Below the pieces are notes generated by a model that was not told where the DNA came from, searched no databases, and saw only the letters and a list, made by a program, of their open reading frames with translations. Below are positions 1 to 10,300 of a stretch of DNA of 64,000 nt, piece by piece (the stretch's first letter is position 1; each line of letters opens with the position of its first letter). The position numbers and the translations under genes are program-made. This DNA comes from Eledone cirrhosa (lineage: Eukaryota). The stretch spans positions 16,678,001 to 16,742,000 of the forward strand of contig OZ024744.1 of the NCBI GenBank assembly GCA_964016885.1, given 5' to 3'.

Positions 1-53
1 TCCTGTGTTTACTGTAGTACTGTGTAAAGTGTACTGTTCACCTGAAGAATGTG
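1..53 (+). repeat. Representative consensus monomer
   Basis: Positions 1-53 read tcctgtgtttactgtagtactgtgtaaagtgtactgttcacctgaagaatgtg, the most frequent unit. It contains AGTACT (ScaI) and two GTAC (RsaI) sites. Confidence 0.97.
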
Positions 54-3000
54 TCCTGTGTTTAATGTAGTACTCTGTAAAGTGTACTGTTCACCTGAAG
101 AATGTGTCCAGTGTTTTCTGTAGTCCTGCGTAAAGTGTACTGTTCACCTGAAGAATGTGTCCTGTGTTTACTGTAGTACTGTGTAAAGTGTAATTTTCAC
201 CTGAAGAATGTGTCCTGTGTTTTCTGTAGTACTGCGTAAAGTGTACTGTTCACGTGAAGAATGTGACCTGTGTTTACTGTGGTACTGTGTAAAGTGTACT
301 GTTCACCTGAAGAACGTGTCATGTGTTTACTGTGGTACTGTGTAAAGTGTACTGTTCATCTGAAGAATGTGTCCTGTGTTTACTGTAGTAATGTGTAAAG
401 TGTACTGTTCAGCTGAAGAATGTGTCCTGTGTTTACTGTAGTACTGTGTAAAGTGTACTGTTGAGCTAACTAATGGTTCCTGTGTTTACTGTAGTACTGT
501 GTAAAGTGTACTGCTCAGCTGAAGAATGTGTCCTGTGTTTACTGTCGTACTGTGTAAAGTGTACTGTTCAGCTGAAAAATGTGTCCTGTGTTTGCTGCAG
601 TACTGTGTAAAGTGTACTGTTCAGCTGAAGAATGTGTCCTGTGTTTACTGTAGTACTGTGTAAACTGTACTGTTCACCTGACGAACGTGTCCTGTGTTTA
701 TGGTAGTAATGTGTAAAGTGTACTGTTCACCGGAAGAATGTGTCCTGTGTTTACTCTCGTACTGTGTAGAGTGTACTCTTCAGCTGAAGAAAGTGTCCTG
801 TGTTTGCTGCAGTACTGTGTAAAGTGTACTGTTCAGCTGAAGAATGTCTCCTGTGTTTACTGTAGTACTGTGTAAAGTGTACTGTTCTCCTGAAGAATAT
901 GTCCCGTGTTTACTGTAGTACTGTGTAAAGTGTACTCTTCACCTGAAGAATGTGTCCTGTGTTTACTGTAGTACTGTGTAAAGTGTACTGTTCACCTGAA
1001 GAATGTGTCCTGTGTCTACTGTAGTACTGTGTAAAGTATAATGCACAGCTGAAGAAAGTGTCCTGTGTTTACTGTAGTACTGTGTAAAATTTACTGTTCA
1101 CCTGAAGAATGTGTACTGTGTTTACGGTAGTACTGTGTAAAGTGTACTCTTCACCTGAAGAATGTGTCCTGTGTTTACTGTAGTACTGTGTAAAGTGTAC
1201 TGTTCACCTGAAGAATGTATCCTGTGTTTACTGTTTTACTGTGGTACTGTGTAAAGCGTATTGTTCAGCTGAAGGATGTGTCCTGTGTTTACTGTAGTAC
1301 TGTGTAACATGTACTGTTCAGCTAACTAATGGTTCCTGTGTTTACTGTAGTACTGTGTAAAGTGTACTGTTCACCTGAAGAATGTGTCCTGTGTTTACTG
1401 TCGTACTGTGTAAAGTGTACTCTTCACCTGAAGAATGTGTCCTGTGTTTGCTGCAGTACTGTGTAAAGTGTACTGTTCACCTGACGAATGTGTCCTGTGT
1501 TTACTGTAGTACTGTGTAATGTGTACTGTTCAGCTGAAGAATGTGTCCTGTGTTTACTGTAGTACTGTGTAAAGTGTACTCTTCACCTGAATAATGTGTC
1601 CTGTGTTTACTGTAGTAATGTGTAAAGTGTACAGTTAACCTGAAGAATGTGTCCTGTGTTTACTGTGGTACTGTGTAAAGTGTACTGTTCACCTGAAGAA
1701 TGTGTCCTGTGTTTACTGTAGTAATGTGTAAAGTGTACTGTTCACCTGAAGAATATGTCCTGTGTTTACTGTAGTACTGTGTAAAGTGTACTGTTCATCT
1801 GAAGAATATGTCCTGTGTTTACTGTAGTACTGTGTAAAGTATAATGTTTAGCTGAAGAAAGTGTCCTGTGTTTACTGTAGTACTGTGTAAAGTGTACTGT
1901 TCACCTGAAGAATGTGTCCTGTGTTTACTGTGGTACTGTGTAAAGTGTACTGTTCACCTGAAGAAAGTGTCCTGTGTTTACTGTAGTAACGTGTAAAGTG
2001 TACTGTTCACCTGAAGAATGTGTCCTGTGTTTACTGTAGTACTGCGTAAAGTGTACTGTTCACATGAAGAATGTGTCCTCTGTTTACTGTAGTACTGTGT
2101 AAAGTGTACTGTTCACCTGAAGAATGTGTCCTGTGATTACTGTGGTACTGTGTAAAGTGTACTGTTCACCTGAAGAACGTGTCATGTGTTTACTGTGGTA
2201 CTGTGTAAAGTGTACTGTTCACCTGAAGAATGTGTCCTGTGTTTACTGTAGTAATGTGTAAAGTGTACAGTTAACCTGAAGAATGTGTCCTGTGTTTACT
2301 GTGGTACTGTGTAAAGTGTACTGTTCACCTGAAGAATGTGTCCTGTGTTTACTGTAGTAATGTGTAAAGTGTACTGTTCACCTGAAGAATATGTCCTGTG
2401 TTTACTGTAGTACTGTGTAAAGTGTACTGTTCAGCTGAAGAATGTGTCCTGTGTTTAATGTAGTACTCTGTAAAGTGTACTGTTCACCTGAAGAATGTGT
2501 CCAGTGTTTTCTGTAGTACTGCGTAAAGTGTACTGTTCACCTGAAGAATGTGTCCTGTGTTTACTGTAGTACTGTGTAAAGTGTACTTTTCACCTGAAGA
2601 ATGTGTCCTGTGTTTTCTGTAGTACGGCGTAAAGTGTACTGTTCACCTGAAGAATGTGTCCTGTGTTTACTGTGGTACTGTGTAAAGTGTACTGTTCATC
2701 TGAAGAATGTGTCCTGTGTTTACTGTAGTAATGTGTAAAGTGTGCTGTTCAGCTGAAGAATATGTCCTGTGTTTACTGTGGTACGGTGTAAAGTGTACTG
2801 TTCACCTGAAGAATATGTCCCGTGTTTACTGTAGTACTGTGTAAAGTGTACTGTTCACCTGAAGAATGTGTCCTGTGTTTACTGTAGAACTGTGTAAAGT
2901 GTACTGTTCAGCTGAAGAATGTGTCCTGTGTTTACTGTAGTACTGTGTAAAGTGTACTGTTCAGCTGAAGAATGTCTCCTGTGTCTACTGTAGTACTGTG

Positions 3001-6000
3001 TAAAGTGTACTGTTCACCTGAAGAATGTCTCCTGTGTCTACTGTAGTACTGTGTAAAGTATAATGCACAGCTGAAGAAAGTGTCCTGTGTTTACTGTAGT
3101 ACTGTGTAAAATTTACTGTTCACCTGAAGAATGTGTCCTGTGTTTACGGTAGTACTGTGTAAAGTGTACTCTTCACCTGAAGAATGTGTCCTGTGTTTAC
3201 TGTAGTACTGTGTAAAGTGTACTGTTCACCTGAAAAATGTGTCCTGTGTTTACTGTAGTAATGTGTAAAGTGTACTGTTCACCTGACGAATGTGTCCTGT
3301 GTTTACTGTAGTAATGCGTAAAGTGTACTGTTCAGCTGAAGAATGTGTCCTGTGTTTACTGTAGTACTGTGTAAAGTGTAATGTTCATCTGAAGAATGTG
3401 TCCTGTGTTTACTGTAGTACTGTGTAAAGTTTAATGCACAGCTGAAGAATGTGTCCTGTGTTTACTGTAGTACTGTGTAAAGTGTACTGTTCACCTGAAG
3501 AATGTGTCCTGTGTTTACTGTAGTACTGTGTAAAGAGTACTGTTCACCTGAAGAATGTGTCCTGTGTTTACTGTAGTACTGTGTACAGTGTAATGTTCAG
3601 CTGAAGAAAGTGTCCTGTGTTTACTGTAGGACTGTGTAAAGTGTACTGTTCACCTGAAGAATGTGTACTGTGTTTACTGTAGTACTGTGTAAAGTGTACT
3701 CTTCACCTGAAGAATGTGTCCTGTGTTTACTGTAGTACTGTGTAAGATGTACTGTTCAGCTAACTAATGTTCCTGTGTTTACTGTAGTACCGTGTAAAAT
3801 GTACTCTTCACCTGAAGAATGTGTCCTGTGTTTGCTGCAGTACTGTGTAAAGTGTACCGTTCAGCTGAACAATGTGTCCTGTTTTTACTGTAGTACTGGG
3901 TAAAGTATACTGTTCACCTGAAGAATGTGTCTTGTGTTTACTGTAGTAATGTGTAAAGTGTACTGTTCACCTGACGAATGTGTCCTGTGTTTACTGTAGT
4001 ACAGTGTAATGTGTACTGTTCAGCTGAAGAATGTGTCCTGTGTTTACTGTAGTACTGTGTAAAGTGTACTGTTCACCTGAAGAATGTGTCCTGTGTTTAA
4101 TGTAGTCCTCTGTAAAGTGTACTGTTCACCTGAAGAAAGTGTCCAGTGTTTTCTGTAGTCCTGCGTAACGTGTACTGTTCACCTGAAGAATGTGTCCTGT
4201 GTTTACTGTAGTACTGTGTAAAGTGTAATTTTCACCTGAAGAATGTGTCCTGTGTTTTCTGTAGTACTGCGTAAAGTGTACTGTTCACGTGAAGAATGTG
4301 TCCTGTGTTTACTGTGGTACTGTGTAAAGTGTACTGTTCACCTGAAGAACGTGTCATGTGTTTACTGTGGTACTGTGTAAAGTGTACTGTTCATCTGAAG
4401 AATGTGTCCTGTGTTTACTGTAGTAATGTGTAAAGTGTACTGTTCAGCTGAAGAATGTGTCCTGTGTTTACTGTAGTACTGTGTAAAGTGTACTGTTGAG
4501 CTAACTAATGGTTCCTGTGTTTACTGTAGTACTGTGTAACGTGTACTGCTCAGCTGAAAAATGTGTCCTGTGTTTGCTGCAGTACTGTGTAAAGTGTACT
4601 GTTCAGCTGAAGAATGTGTCCTGTGTTTACTGTAGTACTGTGTAAACTGTACTGTTCACCTGACGAACGTGTCCTGTGTTTATGGTAGTAATGTGTAAAG
4701 TGTACTGTTCACCTGAAGAATGTGTCCTGTGTTTACTCTCGTACTGTGTAGAGTGTACTCTTCAGCTGAAGAATGTGTCCTGTGTTTGCTGCAGTACTGT
4801 GTAAAGTGTACTGTTCAGCTGAAGAATGTCTCCTGTGTTTACTGTAGTACTGTGTAAAGTGTACTGTTCTCCTGAAGAATATGTCCCGTGTTTACTGTAG
4901 TACTGTGTAAAGTGTACTCTTCACCTGAAGAATGTGTCCTGTGTTTACTGTAGTACTGTGTAAAATGTACTGTTCACCTGAAGAATGTGTCCTGTGTCTA
5001 CTGTAGTACTGTGTAAAGTATAATGCACAGCTGAAGAAAGTGTCCTGTGTTTACTGTAGTACTGTGTAAAATTTACTGTTCACCTGAAGAATGTGTACTG
5101 TGTTTACGGTAGTACTGTGTAAAGTGTACTCTTCACCTGAAGAATGTGTCCTGTGTTTACTGTAGTACTGTGTAAAGTGTACTGTTCACCTGAAGAATGT
5201 ATCCTGTGTTTACTGTTTTACTGTGGTACTGTGTAAAGCGTATTGTTCAGCTGAAGGATGTGTCCTGTGTTTACTGTAGTACTGTGTAACATGTACTGTT
5301 CAGCTAACTAATGGTTCCTGTGTTTACTGTAGTACTGTGTAAAGTGTACTGTTCACCTGAATAATGTGTCCTGTGTTTACTGTCGTACTGTGTAAAGTGT
5401 ACTCTTCACCTGAAGAATGTGTCCTGTGTTTGCTGCAGTACTGTGTAAAGTGTACTGTTCACCTGAAGAATGTGTCCTGTGTTTACTGTAGTAACGTGTA
5501 AAGTGTACTGTTCACCTGACGAATGTGTCCTGTGTTTATTGTAGTACTGTGTAATGTGTACTGTTCACCTGAATAATGTGTCCTGTGTTTACTGTAGTAC
5601 TGTGTAAAGTGTACTCTTCACCTGAAGAATGTGTACTGTGTTTACTGTAGTACTGTGTAAAGTGTACTGTTCACCTGAAGAATGTATCCTGTGTTTACTG
5701 TTTTACTGTGTAAAGCGTATTGTTCAGCTGAAGGATGTGTTCTGTGTTTACTGTAGTACTGTGTAACATGTACTGTTCAGCTAACTAATGGTTCCTGTGT
5801 TTACTGTAGTACTGTGTAAAGTGTACTGTTCACCTGAAGAATGTGTCCTGTGTTTACTGTGGTACAGTGTAAAGTGTACTGTTCACCTGAAGAAAGTGTC
5901 CTGTGTTTACTGTAGTAACGTGTAAAGTGTACTGTTCACTTGAAGAATGTGTCCTGTGTTTACTGTAGTACTGTGTAAAGTGTACTGTTCACCTGAAGAA

Positions 6001-7399
6001 TGTGTCCTGTGTTTACTGTAGTACTGTGTAAAGTGTACTGTTCAGCTGAAGAATGTGTCCTGTGTTTACTGTAGTACTGTGTAAAGTGTACTGTTCACCT
6101 GAAGAATGTGTCCTGTGTTTACTGTAGTACTGTGTAAAGTGTATTGATCACATGAAGAATGTGTCCTGTGTTTACTGTAGTACCGTGTAAAGTGTACTGT
6201 TCACCTGACGAATGTGTCCTGTGTTTACTGTAGTACTGTGTAAAGTGTACTGTTCACCTGAAGAATGTGTCCTGTGTTTACTGTAGTACTGTGTAAAGTG
6301 TACTGTTCACCTGAAGAATGTGTCCTGTGTTTACTGTAGTACTGTGTAAAGTGTACTGTTCAGCTGAAGAATGTGTCCTGTGTTTACTGTAGTACTGTGT
6401 AAAGTGTACTGTTCACCTGAAGAATGTGTCCTGTGTTTACTGTAGTACTGTGTAAAGTGTATTGTTCACATGAAGAATGTGTCCTGTGTTTACTGTAGTA
6501 CTGTGTAAAGTGTACTGTTCACCTGACGAATGTGTCCTGTGTTTACTGTAGTACAGTGTAATGTGTACTGTTCAGCTGAAGAATGTGTCCTGTGTTTACT
6601 GTAGTACTGTGTAAAGTGTACTGTTCACCTGAAGAATGTGTCCTATGTTTAATGTAGTACTCTGTAAAGTGTACTGTTCACCTGAAGAATGTGTCCAGTG
6701 TTTTCTGTAGTACTGCGTAAAGTGTACTGTTCACCTGAAGAATGTGTTCTGTGTTTACTGTAGTACTGTGTAAAGTGTAATTTTCACCTGAAGAATGTGT
6801 CCTGTGTTTTCTGTAGTACTGCGTAAAGTGTACTGTTCACCTGAAGAATGTGTCCTGTGTTTACTGTGGTACTGTGTAAAGTGTACTGTTCACTTGAAGA
6901 ACGTGTCATGTGTTTACTGTGGTACTGTGTAAAGTGTATTGTTCACATGAAGAATGTGTCCTGTGTTTACTGTAGTACTGTGTAAAGTGTACTGTTCACC
7001 TGACGAATGTGTCCTGTGTTTACTGTAGTAATGTGTAAAGTGTGCTGTTCAGCTGAAGAATATGTCCTGTGTTTACTGTGGTACGGTGTAAAGTGTACTG
7101 TTCACCTGAAGAATATGTCCCGCGTTTACTGTAGTACTGTGTAAAGTGTACTGTTCACCTGAAGTATGTGTCCTGTGTTTACTGTAGAACTGTGTAAAGT
7201 GTACTGTTCAGCTGAAGAATGTGTCCTGTGTTTACTGTAGTACTGTGTAAAGTGTACTGCTCAGCTGAAGAATGTGTCCTGTGTTTACTGTCGTACTGTG
7301 TAAAGTGTACTGTTCAGCTGAAAAATGTGTCCTGTGTTTGCTGCAGTACTGTGTAAAGTGTACAGTTCAGCTGAAGAATGTGTCCTGTGTTTACTGTAG

Positions 7400-10300
7400 T
7401 ACTGTGTAAAGTGTACTGTTCACCTGACGAACGTGTCCTGTGTTTATGGTAGTAATGTGTAAAGTGTACTGTTCACCTGAAGAATGTGTCCTGTGTTTAA
7501 TGTAGTACTGTGTAAAGTGTACTGTTCACCTGAAGAATGTGTCCCCTGTTTACTGTAGTACTGTGTAAAGTGTACTGTTCAGCTGAAGAAAGTGTCCTGT
7601 GTTTACTGTAGTACTGTGTAAAGTGTACTGTTCACCTGAAGAATGTGTCCTGTGTTTACTGTAGTACTGTGTATAGTGTACTGTTCACCTGCAGAAAGTG
7701 TCCTGTGTTTACTGTAGTAACGTGTAAAGTGTACTGTTCACCTGAAGAATATGTCCTGTGTTTACTGTAGTACTGTGTAAAGTGTACTGTTCACCTGAAG
7801 AATGTGTCCTGTGTTGACTGTGGTACAGTGTAAAGGGTACTGTTCAGCTGAGGAATGTGTCCTGTGTTTACTGTAGTACTGTGTAAAGTGTACTGTTCAG
7901 CTGAAGAATGTGTCCTGTGTTTACTGTAGTACTGTGTAAAGTGTACTGTTCACCTGAAGAAAGTGCCTGTGTTGACTGTAGTACTGTGTAAAGTGTACTG
8001 TTCAGCTGAGGAATGTGTCCTGTGTTTACTGTAGTACTGTGTAAAGTGTACTGTTCAGCTGAGGAATGTGTCCTGTGTTTACTGTAGTACTGTGTAAAGT
8101 GTACTATTCACCTGAGGAATGTGTCCTGTGTTTACTGTAGTACTGTGTAAAGTGTACTGTTCACCTGAAAAAAGTGTCCTGTGTTTACTGTAGTAACGTG
8201 TAAAGTGTACTGTTCACCTGAAGAATGTGTCCTGTGTTTACTGTAGTACTGTGTAAAGTGTACTGTTCACCTGATGAAAGTGTCCTGTGTTTATTGTAGT
8301 AACGTGTAAAGTGTACTGTTCACCTGAAGAATGTGTCCTGTGTTTACTGTAGTACTGTGTAAAGTGTACTGTTCACCTGAAGAAAGTGTCCTGTGTTTAC
8401 TGTAGTAACGTGTAAAGTGTACTGTTCACCTGAAGAATGTGTCCTGTGTTTACTGTAGTACTGTCTAAAGTGTACTGTTCACCTGAAGAAAGTGTCCTGT
8501 GTTTATTGTAGTAACGTGTAAAGTGTACTGTCCACCTGAAGAATGTGTCCTGTGTTTACTGTAGTACTGTGTAAAGTGTACTGTTCACCTGAAGAATGTG
8601 TCCTGTGTTTACTGTAGTACTGTGTAAAGTGTACTGTTCACCTGAAGAAAGTGTCCTGTGTTTATTGTAGTAACGTGTAAAGTGTACCGTTCACCTGAAG
8701 AATCTGTCCTGTGTTTACTGTAGTACTGTGTAAAGTGTACTGTTCACCTGAAGAAAGTGTCCTGTGTTTACTGTAGTAACGTGTAAAGTGTACTGTTCAC
8801 CTGAAGAATGTGTCCTGTGTTTACTGTAGTACTGTGTAAAGTGTACTGTTCACCTGAAGAATATGTCCTGTGTTTACTGTAGTACTGTGTAAAGTGTACT
8901 GTTCATCTGAAGAATATGTCCTGTGTTTACTGTAGTACTGTGTAAAGTATAATGTTTAGCTGAAGAAAGTGTCCTGTGTTTACTGTAGTACTGTGTAAAG
9001 TGTACTGTTCACCTGAAGAATGTGTCCTGTGTTTACTGTGGTACAGTGTAAAGTGTAGTGTTCACCTGAAGAAAGTGTCCTGTGTTTATTGTAGTAACGT
9101 GTAAAGTGTACTGTTCACTTGAAGAATGTGTCCTGTGTTTACTGTAGTACTGTGTAAAGTGTACTGTTCACCTGAAGAATGTGTCCTGTGTTTACTGTAG
9201 TACTGTGTAAAGTGTACTGTTCAGCTGAAGAATGTGTCCTGTGTTTACTGTAGTACTGTGTAAAGTGTACTGTTCACCTGAAGAATGTGTCCTGTGTTGA
9301 CTGTAGTACTGTGTAAAGTGTATTGTTCACATGAAGAATGTGTCCTGCGTTTACTGTAGTACTGTGTAAAGTGTACTGTTCACCTGACGAATATGTCCTG
9401 TGTTTACTGTAGTACAGTGTAACGTGTACTTTTCAGCTGAAGAATGTGTCCTGTGTTTACTGTAGTACTGTGTAAAGTGTAATTTTCACCTGAAGAATGT
9501 GTCCTGTGTTTTCTGTAGTCATGCGTAAAGTGTACTGTTCACCTGAAGAATGTGTCCTGTGTTTACTGTGGTACTGTGTAAAGTGTACTGTTCACCTGAA
9601 GAACGTGTCATGTGTTTACTGTGGTACTGTGTAAAGTGTATTGTTCACATGAAGAATGTGTCCTGTGTTTACTGTAGTACTGTGTAAAGTGTACTGTTCA
9701 CCTGACGAATGTGTCCTGTGTTTACTGTAGTAATGTGTAAAGTGTGCTGTTCAGCTGAAGAATATGTCCTGTGTTTACTGTGGTACGGTGTAAAGTGTAC
9801 TGTTCACCTGAAGAAAATGTCCCGTGTTTACTGTAGTACTGTGTAAAGTGTACTGTTCAGCTGAAGAATGTGTCCTGTGTTTACTGTAGTACTGTATAAA
9901 GTGTACTGCTCAGCTGAAGAATGTGTCCTGTGTTTACTGTCGTACTGTGTAAAGTGTACTGTTCAGCTGAAAAATGTGTCCTGTGTTTGCTGCAGTACTG
10001 TGTAAAGTGTACAGTTCAGCTGAAGAATGTGTCCTGTGTTTACTGTAGTACTGTGTAAAGTGTACTGTTCACCTGAAGAACGTGTCCTGTGTTTATGGTA
10101 GTAATGTGTAAAGTGTACTGTTCACCTGAAGAATGTGTCCTGTGTTTAATGTAGTACTGTGTAAAGTGTACTGTTCACCTGAAGAATGTGTCCGCTGTTT
10201 ACTGTAGTACTGTGTAAAGTGTACTGTTCAGCTGAAGAAAGTGTCCTGTGTTTACTGTAGTACTGTGTAAAGTGTACTGTTCACCTGAAGAATGTGTCCT

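Noticed and set aside
1-53. CENP-B box or assignment to a named satellite family
   Set aside because: There is no TTCG-N4-A-N2-CGGG match and I do not recognise the monomer. A Dfam/Repbase or BLAST search is needed.
464-476. CTAAC/CTAAT resemblance to a spliceosomal branch point
   Set aside because: It is a five-base match with no exon or intron context, as expected by chance.
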